DNA from: a virus
DNA length: 64,000 nucleotides
IMG/VR virus record: IMGVR_UViG_2850037723_000002
Coordinates: 22,211-86,210 of that record
Direction: 5' to 3' (one strand)
Below, in pieces: positions 46,841 through 56,968 of the stretch. A program made the translations under genes and the position numbers. How positions within the stretch are numbered: position 1 is the stretch's first letter; the number at the start of each line of letters is the position of its first letter. The notes under the pieces were generated by a model that worked only from the letters and a program-made list of their open reading frames with translations, ran no database searches and had not been told where the DNA came from.

Positions 46841-47836
46841 TTAGCTCGCGTTGGTGAGGCCGAAGAGGTCGGCAGCGACGCCGAGGCCCTTTTCGTTCTT
46901 CACCTTGAGCGTGCCTTCGCCGATGATAACGCCCTTGTCGGCGTCGCCGGTCTTCGCGACTGCCTTGTCTTCCTGGATCTTACGGAGCCAGAGGAATTCC
47001 AGCATGTCCGTATCGATGAAGAAGGCGTTGCGGGCCTGCTGCGCACCCACCGCTTGAACGCGGTTCGGGTGGATCATCACCGTGCCGAACGGACCTTCGT
47101 AATAGTCGGCCGTTGCAACGATGGTATTGCGCTCGCCGCCCTTCGAGACGGCATAGCGGAACGGAGCAACGTTCGCGTCAGACATGAAGGTGACGAAGAC
47201 GCTCTTGACATAGGGCGAGACTGAAACGTGCCTGAAGTTGGCGCCGTTCTGGTAGCCCGACTGCATCACGTTATCCAGAATGGTCTTCGTGAATGCACGC
47301 TGCGTACCATCGGTTGGGGCAACCGTTAGGCCGGTACCGGAGTTGAAGCCGCCATTGGCGCCCCCGGCGCCGCGAGAGACGTTGGTCTCGATCCAGGTGT
47401 TGAGTGAGCCGAATTCACGCGTCGCACCGGCCACGGAGGCATTGGTGTCGACGATGGCAAATTCGACGTCCTTGCGGATCTCGACGCCCTTTTTGAGCTT
47501 CTGGTACTTGCGCTGTTCGGCTTTGCCGGCGTTGTCGACGACGTCCTGAGTACCGGAGATGATCCAGTCCTTGCGCATGATCTGGGTGTAGTTGCCCATG
47601 CGCTCGGGCGGGGTGATGGCGGCGAAGGTGTATTCGTCGCCTTCAGGCTTAATGTTCGCGGCCGGAGCAGCGAGTTCGTCCGTCTCCCACTCGGGGTGTA
47701 CGGATACGCACTTGCCCTTTTCGATCAGCGAATAGATCGGGGTGTCTTCCGGCGTGATGCGGGACACCACGTCGGATAGTTCTTCACGGTTGCCGACGGC
47801 ATTCGTGGTCAGGAAGGTATTGGCGAGAGCTGCCAT
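46841..47836 (-). CDS. Major capsid protein (DUF5309/SU10-like)
   Basis: GNREELSDVV..I.PEDTP, EWETDEL, NYTQI and AKTGDA motifs. Confidence 0.88.
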   Translation of the reverse strand: MAALANTFLTTNAVGNREELSDVVSRITPEDTPIYSLIEKGKCVSVHPEWETDELAAPAANIKPEGDEYTFAAITPPERMGNYTQIMRKDWIISGTQDVVDNAGKAEQRKYQKLKKGVEIRKDVEFAIVDTNASVAGATREFGSLNTWIETNVSRGAGGANGGFNSGTGLTVAPTDGTQRAFTKTILDNVMQSGYQNGANFRHVSVSPYVKSVFVTFMSDANVAPFRYAVSKGGERNTIVATADYYEGPFGTVMIHPNRVQAVGAQQARNAFFIDTDMLEFLWLRKIQEDKAVAKTGDADKGVIIGEGTLKVKNEKGLGVAADLFGLTNAS

Positions 47837-47860
47837 GTTTTCGGTCCTTCGAAGATGGGG

Positions 47861-48829
47861 TTATTCGAAGTCGATCTGCATTGCGTCCTTGATCGACCCG
47901 GTTTTCGACAACCTCTTCATCGCTTCCTGATTCTTCCGTGCTGCCGGGTTCACCGGCCCATTCGGCTTCGCCTTGACGGCTGCCGGCGGGGCGTTCGCCA
48001 CCTTCTTCAGAGCCTTGTTCTTCGCCTGCTCGGCCTGAAGACCAAGGCGAGCGTAGTGAGCGAGCTTGAATATGCGGTGATCGGTCACTCCCTCCATCTC
48101 TTCGTCCGTGAAGCCGAGTTCACGAGCGGTCCCGAAGGCATCGGCAAAGAATTGCTGCCTTGCTTCGTCCTTCGCGAGATGCGGGAAGGTTTCGAGCAGC
48201 CTGGCGTTCTCGGCCGCGAGTGTTTCTTCGCTGTTGGCCTGGGTGAGTTCGCCGGAGACCGCTTTTGGCTCCTTCCCGAGGTCGATGACCTGCTGCACGC
48301 GCGTAAGAGCGACGTCGTACATCGCCTTTTGCCGCGTGTATTCGCCCGGGTTCTGCATCGCCAAAGCCGGGGAAGGCTCGGGCGGCAGTTGGGAAATCAG
48401 GAATTCTGCGATGGCGTTCGCCGTGTTGGCGACGCGGGTTGTCATGGCCTCAAGATTTCGGCCCTTGTTGCCGAGTTCCTGAGTCTTGTGGCGATAATCA
48501 CGCTCCCGCATATACCCCAGCTTCAGCTCCTCAAGAGGAACCTGCTCGCCACCCTTCAGGGTGATGACGGTATCCTGGGCTTCGTTGGACCCCTCGCCCT
48601 CTTCGGATTCGGGTGTCTCGTCGCCTTCGGTTACGGGTTCGTCGGTCTCTTGGCCGTCATCTTCAGTGGCCTCACCCGTCGCATTCGTCGACTGCTGCTC
48701 TTCCTCTTCCTGTTCGTTGGCCTCGTTGGGCTCGGCAAAGTCGAGGTTCACCGCGTCGTCGATGGTGAGTGCGGGGCGACCGCTATCACTCTCCCCCACG
48801 AAAGGGGAGTTGGTGGCTGCGTCTGTCAT
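47861..48829 (-). CDS. Scaffolding protein
   Basis: Acidic N-terminus, VPLEELKLGYMRERDYRHKTQEL; between portal and capsid. Confidence 0.78.
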   Translation of the reverse strand: MTDAATNSPFVGESDSGRPALTIDDAVNLDFAEPNEANEQEEEEQQSTNATGEATEDDGQETDEPVTEGDETPESEEGEGSNEAQDTVITLKGGEQVPLEELKLGYMRERDYRHKTQELGNKGRNLEAMTTRVANTANAIAEFLISQLPPEPSPALAMQNPGEYTRQKAMYDVALTRVQQVIDLGKEPKAVSGELTQANSEETLAAENARLLETFPHLAKDEARQQFFADAFGTARELGFTDEEMEGVTDHRIFKLAHYARLGLQAEQAKNKALKKVANAPPAAVKAKPNGPVNPAARKNQEAMKRLSKTGSIKDAMQIDFE

Positions 48830-48860
48830 GTCTGGCTTGCCCTAAGGTTTCGCGCCGGCC

Positions 48861-49100
48861 CTATGCCGGGGCTTCCTTCCCGTCAGCATTGGCTTGTCCC
48901 TCGGCGAGGAACTTGAGCTTGCCTCGGAAATTGCGGATCGCCCGCGCTTCGGCTGCAAAGGCCGCGCGGGTCTCGTGATCGGTGATCTTGGCGTTGATGC
49001 AGCCGTTGACGGCTGCGGTTTCGAGCTCATTCATCAGCAAATGAAACAGCGGCGTGTCGAGCAGAACCCGGGCGGCGGCCGTCTTGTCTTCCTGCCTCAT
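48861..49100 (-). CDS. Small hypothetical protein after the portal
   Basis: 79 aa helical; coupled to the portal. Confidence 0.6.
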   Translation of the reverse strand: MRQEDKTAAARVLLDTPLFHLLMNELETAAVNGCINAKITDHETRAAFAAEARAIRNFRGKLKFLAEGQANADGKEAPA

Positions 49101-51154
49101 CCCGGCATTCCTCCGATGCGCGTATCATTTACCGGCTCGCGGGTGAGCATCTGCGCCGCCGTCTCCTGCCGCTTGAGCTGGATTTCCTGGTCGATCTGGT
49201 AGCGCTTCAGCGCCATTTCCTCCTTGATGCGGAGGGTCTGTAGCTGCGCTTCCTGTTGTATCTTCTCACGCTCAAGCTGGGCGTTGAGTTGAGCCTTCTG
49301 CTGCTCGGCCTGCGCCTGCATCTGAACCTTTTGCAGTTCCGGATTCGGTTTGTTCGCTTCCGCCTGCATACGGCGCTGGATTTCTTCCGGCGTCGGCTTG
49401 GTGAAGTACATGTCCGGAGACTTGAGGCCGGCGGCTTCAACCGACTTCGAAACCGCATTGTAGAGGTTGTCTGGCGACACATACGGGTTGTCCGGCCCGA
49501 GCGATGCCAACAGCTTTTCCTGAAGCGCCAGAATGTGCTGGATCATCATCATGTCGCGCTCGCGCGTGCCGGCGCCGAGGCCGGTATTCACCGTCGCGTC
49601 CATCTCGGCATTCCAGTGCCGGGGATCGAACGTCACCCACTCTCCACGCAGGCGCACAGAGCGTGGTTGGTCCTGATGTTTGATCACCAGCCGCAACAGC
49701 CCCTTGAACACGCGCTTGAGGCCCTGTGCGAACGTGCGCACCATCAGTTCGGTCTGGCCTATGCCGGCGGCCTCGATCATGGCCGAGGCCTTGGCGGTCA
49801 TGTTTTGCAGCGCGTCCGGCGCCATGCCGCTCGATGCATCGGAAATGCCAGTCCTGTCGGTCGCCTCCTGGTCCATATAGGCCAGCATGCCGAAGGACTG
49901 CTCCGCAACGAACGGGACCGTGTTGTATCCCACTGCCGCGCGAACGTCCGTCCCCTGCCCGACCCGGATCGGCTGCCCGAACTTCGGATTCAGCACGCTT
50001 TCTGGGTTCTGGATGACGCCTTCCTGGACGATCGGCTGCTGGTTGTTCTGCCAGTAGAGATTGTCGAGCGTCTGGCGCATTAGCACGGTCTTCACCCGCT
50101 GGATTTCCGCCATGTCGTCAGTGACGGAATTGCCTTCACGTTGATGCGGGCGGCGTTCTGTGATCAGATCGGCGAAGGGGACTTCATCCCATTCCTCATC
50201 TTCGAGAAGATTGACCTCTGCCAGGCCGCCGGCAAAGACCATGCGCCGCAGTTCGGCTATGCCGTCATCGTCCGCATCGATCTTCACATAGAGCTCGTAA
50301 TAGTCGACCTCCTGCAGGGCTTTGACGACCGAATCGTTCTCGTCGAAGGCATCTCGCCTGCGGGTAAACTCTTCTTCTTCCTCATCGAGGTCATCCGTCG
50401 AGGCAGCGAAGCTGTAGACCTTATCCCGGTCGTAGCCCATCGCGACCAGATCGGAGCGTCGCGACTGCGTCTTCAGGCCGGTAATCGGGCTGTCGTCGAT
50501 CGAGATGGCGTCGGGGTGGATCAGGAACTCTTCGAGGGGAACCGCGGCGAGTGTGGTGCAGCCATATTCGGATACGCGCCGAATTTTCACGTTGTAGAGT
50601 GTGATCGGCTGCGGCCCCTGAGGCGTGTCGATCTGCTCCTGATAGGCTTCCTGTTCCAGAACCTCGACATCGTCATCTGCGACAAGCTGCACCAGCGCCG
50701 GCTCGTCAAGGCCGGTGTGCCGCGAGACCTGGACCTTCCGCTTCTTGTCGTACCACCAGCGGATCACACCGTTGCGCAGCTTCAGCGCGTCGTGCGCGGC
50801 GTCCTGCACCGCGTCATAGCCATTGCTCTCCGGAAACACGACGTAGTTGATGTAATCGGTCGCCTGCTCGGCCGCCGCCTCGTCGCCCTCGTTTACCGGC
50901 TCGTACTCGACGACCTTGTCATTGCCGAGGATCGTGCGGATGAGCGACGGCAACACCTTCTTGATGGCGGAGCGGACATCGCGCGAGACGACCTTCGACC
51001 GGTTCGGATCGGCCGGCGTGTCGTGCATGATCCCGTCGTAGTATTCCATCGCCTTGACGCGATCGACGGAAAGCTCGTCCCGATAGTGCTCGCAGTCCTT
51101 TACGAGCTGCGAGACCTGGGCAGCAATCTGCTCTTTCGACATCGCAGCCATCAA
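49097..51154 (-). CDS. Portal protein (podophage type)
   Basis: 685 aa; AMEYYDG, SKVVSRDV, EAAAEQATDYINY, Gln-rich barrel tail. Confidence 0.9.
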   Translation of the reverse strand: MMAAMSKEQIAAQVSQLVKDCEHYRDELSVDRVKAMEYYDGIMHDTPADPNRSKVVSRDVRSAIKKVLPSLIRTILGNDKVVEYEPVNEGDEAAAEQATDYINYVVFPESNGYDAVQDAAHDALKLRNGVIRWWYDKKRKVQVSRHTGLDEPALVQLVADDDVEVLEQEAYQEQIDTPQGPQPITLYNVKIRRVSEYGCTTLAAVPLEEFLIHPDAISIDDSPITGLKTQSRRSDLVAMGYDRDKVYSFAASTDDLDEEEEEFTRRRDAFDENDSVVKALQEVDYYELYVKIDADDDGIAELRRMVFAGGLAEVNLLEDEEWDEVPFADLITERRPHQREGNSVTDDMAEIQRVKTVLMRQTLDNLYWQNNQQPIVQEGVIQNPESVLNPKFGQPIRVGQGTDVRAAVGYNTVPFVAEQSFGMLAYMDQEATDRTGISDASSGMAPDALQNMTAKASAMIEAAGIGQTELMVRTFAQGLKRVFKGLLRLVIKHQDQPRSVRLRGEWVTFDPRHWNAEMDATVNTGLGAGTRERDMMMIQHILALQEKLLASLGPDNPYVSPDNLYNAVSKSVEAAGLKSPDMYFTKPTPEEIQRRMQAEANKPNPELQKVQMQAQAEQQKAQLNAQLEREKIQQEAQLQTLRIKEEMALKRYQIDQEIQLKRQETAAQMLTREPVNDTRIGGMPG

Positions 51155-52545
51155 ACAACCTTCCGATCAGTGAATTTCCATGCGGCGGCGTCGGCCTTCA
51201 CCTTGGCAAAGCGCTTCATCATCAGCGCGTATCGAGAAGCCGAAATCAGGTCGTCGCGCTCTTTCACGACCTTGCCGTCTTTCCGGTGATAGAGCCGGAA
51301 CTCTTCGAACCACTCGCCACAGGTCGAGAAGACCTTCCAGCGGCCGGTCTGCATGCGCTGGAGCATGTCCGATAATCCGGCTTCCACGCCGTTTGTGCCA
51401 TCGTCAAACGTGGCGCGCTCCGGCAGCATGTTCAGGCCCTGCTCCCGATACTGTGTCGCCAGTTGCTCGCCAGAGCCCTTGTCGTGCTGCAGGCCGTCGT
51501 GAGGCCACGACCACGGCAGCCAGGCGCCCCAGGGCTTCAGAGCAGCCGCGTGAATGATCGGTGTCGCCTCGCGCTCGCGATAGACCTTCGTGACATAGAA
51601 CACGTCTGCGTCACGATCCCAGGCACAGCCAGCAGCGCCGAACGGATGATCCCAGCCGAAATCAAGACCCCCGATCTGCACCCAATGCTTCGGGATGTCG
51701 AAGGGATCGACCCGGATGCTATCTTCCGAGACCGGGAAGATACGACCAGAACCGAGAGACGGAACACCCTTGGTGCGGGCTTCACGTTCATGCGCCGGGT
51801 AAGATGCAATGATGCGTGCCCGCTCTTCCGGGGTGTAATGCTCCGCATCGTCGATCGTCATCGTTGTGACGGTGCGGTAGACGGCGCCAGGATCATCCCC
51901 CGGCATGATAAAGCGGGCAACAACGATGCTCATGCCCTTGAGGGGCGTAAAGGTGACGGCGATCAGTCCATTTGTGGCGTTGGTTCGGGTGATACCTTCG
52001 AGATAGACGTCCTCGGGCGGCTCTTCGTCGAACCAGACGTAATCGACGGTATTGGCCTGCCACTTACCGCGACCCTGCTCGTATGCCTTGAAGAGTAGCG
52101 TCGACAGTCCGCCCGAGACGTGGCGAACTGTGACGCTATCCAGTGCGCCAGAGACGCCAGAACGCCGGGTGGTTTCGACAATCGCGGCCTTCGGTATATA
52201 CCCAGTGCCCCAATCCTCTTCGTTCATCGGAGGGCCAATGAGAAGACGCTGAACGCCGTCGCGGGTGAGTTCGTACGACTCCGAACCCGCAAGCATGATC
52301 ACCGGGCGGTCGAAGCGCCGGCCATCCCACCAATCGGGATAGCGGCCCGTTAGGTGCATCGCCGCCTCGGCAGCACCAGCGAGCGTCTTGCCAAGCTGGT
52401 TGCCGGCCATGAACAGGCGCTCGCGATAGCCCTTCCCTGCCTCGTGAAACGCGACCTGCTTCGAATACGGCCGGTAATGGGCCAGCAGGTTAGTGCGTCG
52501 TCTCCGGTCCAGTTCCGCCAACAGAGCCGCTTGCTCCTTGAGCAT
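51151..52545 (-). CDS. Terminase large subunit (P22-like)
   Basis: MAGNQLGKT Walker A, VWFDEEP Walker B, TFTP, GLDFGWDHP, DDLISASRYA. Confidence 0.92.
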   Translation of the reverse strand: MLKEQAALLAELDRRRRTNLLAHYRPYSKQVAFHEAGKGYRERLFMAGNQLGKTLAGAAEAAMHLTGRYPDWWDGRRFDRPVIMLAGSESYELTRDGVQRLLIGPPMNEEDWGTGYIPKAAIVETTRRSGVSGALDSVTVRHVSGGLSTLLFKAYEQGRGKWQANTVDYVWFDEEPPEDVYLEGITRTNATNGLIAVTFTPLKGMSIVVARFIMPGDDPGAVYRTVTTMTIDDAEHYTPEERARIIASYPAHEREARTKGVPSLGSGRIFPVSEDSIRVDPFDIPKHWVQIGGLDFGWDHPFGAAGCAWDRDADVFYVTKVYREREATPIIHAAALKPWGAWLPWSWPHDGLQHDKGSGEQLATQYREQGLNMLPERATFDDGTNGVEAGLSDMLQRMQTGRWKVFSTCGEWFEEFRLYHRKDGKVVKERDDLISASRYALMMKRFAKVKADAAAWKFTDRKVV

Positions 52546-52879
52546 CGAGGAAAGGCCGGATTGCGGAATCGAGTTGCCGGATGCGCTGGATAAGCTGTTC
52601 ATCCGTTAAATCATCCGTGCTGTTGATGTTGACGTTCAGATCCTTCGGCAGGATCGAGGCGACGACCTTCAGGTATTGCTCCGGCTTTGTCGTCCGAACG
52701 CGCTCGATCACGTCCTTGCCGTGCGTCTGAAAGTCCTCGTGCATCGCCTCGAGGAAAGCTTCGCCCAGCTTGTTGCGCGCGCCCTTGGGCCGCCCTGGGT
52801 TGCCGGGCTTGAACTGATGCTCGACGGGGGGCATCGGCTTGCCCGATTTCTCCCCGTTATTTCGGGTGTCGTCTGTCAT
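52490..52879 (-). CDS. Terminase small subunit
   Basis: QFKPGNPGRPKGARNKL motif; upstream of terL. Confidence 0.75.
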   Translation of the reverse strand: MTDDTRNNGEKSGKPMPPVEHQFKPGNPGRPKGARNKLGEAFLEAMHEDFQTHGKDVIERVRTTKPEQYLKVVASILPKDLNVNINSTDDLTDEQLIQRIRQLDSAIRPFLDAQGASGSVGGTGPETTH

Positions 52880-52961
52880 GTGATGTTGCCTTTGGCGAGA
52901 GCCTGGGCGAATTTCTCGCGCCTGACGTTTTTCAGGACTGGCATCGGACACGGGGAATTAG

Positions 52962-53186
52962 ATGAATCGCGAAGCACTTCTTAAACTACGTGAGCGCTAC
53001 AAAGAGCAGATAACACGCTACCGCCAAGATATCGAAGACTACCGCTCAGGTAGATTCACCATGCGGAGCAATACAGGGACCGGGTTCGTTGATGTCAGCG
53101 AACAGCTTGCTGTGAGCCTTGAGGGCATGATCGAGAGGCTCGAAGACGTCATCAAGACGATTGATGACGAGCTCGCCAAAGAATGA
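52962..53186 (+). CDS. Small hypothetical protein (moron)
   Basis: 74 aa helical; GGGG RBS. Confidence 0.55.
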   Translation: MNREALLKLRERYKEQITRYRQDIEDYRSGRFTMRSNTGTGFVDVSEQLAVSLEGMIERLEDVIKTIDDELAKE

Positions 53187-53477
53187 GCGTGAACGCGCGC
53201 AGCCGCGTCCGTAAGGCCGATCCAGACGCTGCATGGATCGCTTACGGCCGGTCGCGCCCGTCTTGAAGGCACAGCATGCCGATGAGCGTGATCCGGGTTA
53301 AACGTGTCGCTGTCCGGATCGATAAAAGTGGCGCGGCCCCATGCTTCTAGTTCTGGTGCTGCCGCGAACGCGCACCCACTGAAATCTTAAAACGAGCTCG
53401 GGGGTACAGGCCTCACGCTTGTCAGCATTCCCTATGTTTGATTAGCTCGACTGTTTTCAATCGGAGGCTGATTCACA

Positions 53478-53672
53478 GTGAGCAATGATATTAAAGTTGG
53501 CGACATCGTTATGTTGAAATCGGGCGGTCCTCTAATGACCGTCAACAATATCGGCCAGTACAATTATGCCGACTATGACAGCGCCCAATGCGATTGGTTT
53601 ATCCAAGACAAAGCGCCGTGGAAGAAGGAAGACGCAGTATTCCCGCTTCACTCCCTCAAAAAGGTGGAGTGA
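53478..53672 (+). CDS. YodC/DUF2158-family protein
   Basis: IKVGDIVMLKSGGPLMTV...CDWF...F...L; GGAGG RBS. Confidence 0.8.
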   Translation: MSNDIKVGDIVMLKSGGPLMTVNNIGQYNYADYDSAQCDWFIQDKAPWKKEDAVFPLHSLKKVE

Positions 53673-53681
53673 CTTCTGAGC

Positions 53682-53725
53682 ATGTCCCGATCTTTGCCGC
53701 GAGGGGCGGGCAAAGATCGGGACAT
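53682..53725. repeat. Perfect 17-bp inverted repeat
   Basis: ATGTCCCGATCTTTGCC-N10-GGCAAAGATCGGGACAT. Confidence 0.85.
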
Positions 53726-53912
53726 CGAAAAACCCCCCGGAAGCGATTTGAGGCGGTGTCCCGGGGCTTCGCAGGATAAGCCAGCGGATTGGCCCCCGGC
53801 GTGGCCGACGGCGCTGGTTGCGTATCCAGCGCATTGATGAAGGCGGGGCGCGTGGGCTTCCCGTCGTATTCAATGCCGCCTTCCTCGCTTGGCGCTGGCG
53901 GCGGCGTTCGTT

Positions 53913-54698
53913 CTATTCGGGATCCCGACGAATGACATCGGTGACCTCGAGAATTCGATACAGCGCGGGCTTTCCTTCAACGGAACGCACCTCGACGTTC
54001 ACTTGGAAGATGCACTGGAGTGGGTTCTCCTGAAGATCCAAAACCCGTCGCTTTGTCTCCTCGCTTGAGAACTGAAGTTTGACGGGCTTAACATAAACAC
54101 CTTCGATTACACCGCGGTCCCCTGACTTTGCAGAGACATCGTTCTTGACCTGCTCAAGCACCATCAGCTGATCATTGAGTATCTGCGATGACGGAAGCCT
54201 TGGCCCTAAGAACCTCGCCACGCCGTTTTGAACAGCGTTCGCCTCCATGCCGTTGATATGAAAATGCTGGTGCACAACAACGACTGCCCCATCCATCACA
54301 TTCATGTTCAGCTGGGAGCCGAAGTCCTTCGCGACCGGTTCCACAAACTGGGCGATTTGCCTGGCTTGCTTCACTGAAGGCTCGGCCGCTTTTGAACTTT
54401 CCTTGCCAAGGAAGTAGTTCACGAGTTCGTTTGTGTTACTGACGAAGCCTGCGAAGACCTCAGCGTGCTCCATAATCCATTGGGTCTGCTCCGCGACCGT
54501 GATTAAATCCGCGATAACGCTCCCAGACCTGATCTCTTTGAGATAGAGACGGAGGTTGTTTGGATGCGGGTCGCCAGTCGTACTATTTGCAAAGTCCTTG
54601 AAGGACTCTGCTAAAGCAGTGAAACTGGTCGTTAGGTCGACGAGTTCTATCGGCTTCGTGTTCTTGAATTCTATTCGCAGCACGGAATTATCTTGCAT
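53913..54698 (-). CDS. Hypothetical protein (AT-richer moron)
   Basis: 261 aa from MQDNSVLRIEF; G-rich RBS. Confidence 0.65.
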   Translation of the reverse strand: MQDNSVLRIEFKNTKPIELVDLTTSFTALAESFKDFANSTTGDPHPNNLRLYLKEIRSGSVIADLITVAEQTQWIMEHAEVFAGFVSNTNELVNYFLGKESSKAAEPSVKQARQIAQFVEPVAKDFGSQLNMNVMDGAVVVVHQHFHINGMEANAVQNGVARFLGPRLPSSQILNDQLMVLEQVKNDVSAKSGDRGVIEGVYVKPVKLQFSSEETKRRVLDLQENPLQCIFQVNVEVRSVEGKPALYRILEVTDVIRRDPE

Positions 54699-54809
54699 TG
54701 CGCCCCCCCAATTACTCAACTTAGAGAAGCGCATTCCTCGCGTTTTGCCAACATCATTTTGCTGCTGCGCGGCTCCTAGTTCTACGTCCGCCTCAGGTCG
54801 GGCTTTCCA

Positions 54810-55397
54810 TCAGGAGCCATCCACGCGTGCAAACCCGATGTTATTGATTTTGCCCCCGTGTTCTGGCTCGATTTGGGCCATGAGTAAATGGGCCCGAACA
54901 TGCAAGGAAGATGCGTCCTTGGCCGATTTATCGGCAATTTCTTGCAGAGATTGAACAATCCAGCGCTGAACCGTTCGTTTAACCCATGCTCTTTTCGACG
55001 GATTGCGGCGGTTCCGATTGCTCAGGTACCGCTCCCACTGCCATCCGCGGGCCTTCACCTCGGCATAAGCCAGCAGCACTTTACGACGCTCCTCGTCGGC
55101 GACGTGCTCAATCACCCAAGCGAAAGCCTCCTCCATGGCCGTGATGCGCTCCCGGGTGCAGCGGGCACGTCGCTCGGTCTCCAGCCGCTTCGCCCTCTTT
55201 CTCTCATTCCAGCGCTTGCCGCCGGTTTCGGTCAGGTCCTCTCGCTCGAGGACATAGAGCTCCTGCTCGGTGTGGAGATAGTCAGGCATGGACGACCCGA
55301 ACGCCTTCGGCCCTACCCTCACCGGCAAGGCGATGTCGGTTTCCATCGCTTGAATAAGTCGCTCGAGCACGATGGCTTCGCGTTCGCTGATCTTCAT
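54810..55397 (-). CDS. Putative late-gene regulator
   Basis: Last gene of the middle operon (Q-equivalent position); helical C-terminus. Confidence 0.45.
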   Translation of the reverse strand: MKISEREAIVLERLIQAMETDIALPVRVGPKAFGSSMPDYLHTEQELYVLEREDLTETGGKRWNERKRAKRLETERRARCTRERITAMEEAFAWVIEHVADEERRKVLLAYAEVKARGWQWERYLSNRNRRNPSKRAWVKRTVQRWIVQSLQEIADKSAKDASSLHVRAHLLMAQIEPEHGGKINNIGFARVDGS

Positions 55398-55819
55398 GCA
55401 GCTTTGTCCTCGTCGATGATTGCTTGCGCCAGAAGGATGGATATGGCCGTGGCCGTTTTCGCCATGCGCCCGCTTTCGCCCACGATGAGTCGCTGGGCGC
55501 GCCGGCGAATTTCAGCTAGGTCGACGCGTCGGAAGGCTTCGATCGCTGCCGCTGGCTGCCGTTGGGCGAAATGAACCCCCAAGAAACACCACGTTGCCCA
55601 GACGGTCACGTCATCGAAGCAAGTCGGGTTGGATGACTGGATGCAGCGAACGACGAGGCCGGCGCGATCGATGTCCTTCCGCATGAGGCGCTTTAGCGAA
55701 CGGCCACCATAGATCACGTTCGCCGGCCGCGGTGTTCGGCTTTCGTGGTACGGCCTTACCTTCAGACCGTACCCTTCGCAGAAGCGGTGAAGGTTGATGC
55801 CGTTCTCTGCTCGCTTCAA
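55394..55819 (-). CDS. Hypothetical phage protein
   Basis: Coupled ORF. Confidence 0.55.
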   Translation of the reverse strand: MKRAENGINLHRFCEGYGLKVRPYHESRTPRPANVIYGGRSLKRLMRKDIDRAGLVVRCIQSSNPTCFDDVTVWATWCFLGVHFAQRQPAAAIEAFRRVDLAEIRRRAQRLIVGESGRMAKTATAISILLAQAIIDEDKAA

Positions 55820-56256
55820 ACTTCACCTCGCCGGGCCTTTTCAGCAAGGTAAGTAGCCACGTCGATCTTGCGCACCTCGGACGCCGCGCCGAATGTGCCG
55901 AGCTTGTGGTCTCGGTATGCTCGCACGCCGGCCGGGTCGAACTTTCCCAGCGCCGCCTTCCGGATCCACTTCGGGGCCTTTGCGGCATTCTGAGCCAGGC
56001 GCCGTTCCGTTTTCTGCTGCTCGGCTGCGGTCGGCGCTCGCTTGGGCTTCTTGCGCCCCTTCCGCGCCTTTTGAGGCAATGCGGTCGGTTTGGCTTTGGC
56101 CTTGCGCGGGATGCGAGGTTCGCCAGCGAGGTTATCCAGAGCCGCCCAGGCCTGAGCATTGCTTTCGAACGGCCCCGCAACCAAGTGGCCGCTTTCATCG
56201 GAGACTTGGAACCGGCCATCGTCGCAGCGGGTGACGTTGAGGGTCTGTGCCATCAT
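55816..56256 (-). CDS. Hypothetical basic phage protein
   Basis: Coupled ORF, Lys/Arg-rich. Confidence 0.55.
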   Translation of the reverse strand: MMAQTLNVTRCDDGRFQVSDESGHLVAGPFESNAQAWAALDNLAGEPRIPRKAKAKPTALPQKARKGRKKPKRAPTAAEQQKTERRLAQNAAKAPKWIRKAALGKFDPAGVRAYRDHKLGTFGAASEVRKIDVATYLAEKARRGEV

Positions 56257-56690
56257 GCATCCCTCCCGAAGTGCTGCGGAAGCAGCCGGTGGATGCGCTT
56301 GAGCGCCTTCGCCTGTTCTCGATCCGAAAACTTCTCGATCCGGCGATACATCTCCGCCTCGATCTTCTGCCCAGTCTCAACGCCGATCGCGAAAAACCGG
56401 TCGCGCAAGGAGACCGCGTCGGCTTCCGTTTTTAACGCTGCAATCACGTGGGCCCGAGGCAGCCGCTCGCCTTCGCGAATTAACCGGCAGGAACCATGTG
56501 CAAGGAAGGTATTCGGCATCACCTTCTGGACCTGACGGACAAAGAAAATCTCGTCCTTGGTGTTGCTTTCCATCCAATGCCGGAATGCATACCTTTCCAA
56601 GAGTTCCGGCAATGTTTGGTCATATGGCCCGTAAGGCTGGTGGAAGGCCAGAACCCACTGGCCCGGTTTGATGTCGACGAGGGAGCTCAT
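56253..56690 (-). CDS. Hypothetical phage protein
   Basis: Coupled ORF. Confidence 0.6.
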   Translation of the reverse strand: MSSLVDIKPGQWVLAFHQPYGPYDQTLPELLERYAFRHWMESNTKDEIFFVRQVQKVMPNTFLAHGSCRLIREGERLPRAHVIAALKTEADAVSLRDRFFAIGVETGQKIEAEMYRRIEKFSDREQAKALKRIHRLLPQHFGRDA

Positions 56691-56968
56691 GCGGCACCGT
56701 CCGGGGACTTCCCACCGTGCACTAGGACATAGTCACGCCGCAGGTACTCCTGCTGCACAGCATGTCGGAATTGCCTGAGCTGGTGCTGAACCTCATCGGT
56801 TGGCAGTCCGATCGCTTCCAGCCTGTCGCCAAGCTGCTGTACCGTTTTTCGCCAGTATGCATCTCGGCTCGTTTGGTTTGCTGATCCCTGCAGAACCTCG
56901 GCACAACGGCGGATCTTGCCGACACGTGCCGATAACGGGAACGCGATAAGTTGGCACACATGCGTCAT
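56687..56968 (-). CDS. Hypothetical protein (DUF6074-like)
   Basis: LIAFPLSARVGKIRRCAEVL...YWR pattern. Confidence 0.6.
   Translation of the reverse strand: MTHVCQLIAFPLSARVGKIRRCAEVLQGSANQTSRDAYWRKTVQQLGDRLEAIGLPTDEVQHQLRQFRHAVQQEYLRRDYVLVHGGKSPDGAA

Noticed and set aside
47855..48916. 353-aa plus-strand ORF
   Set aside because: Antisense to the scaffold gene, which fits gene order and motifs
53320..53400. Possible tRNA remnant (TGGCG/TGGTG starts)
   Set aside because: No T-loop consensus or cloverleaf
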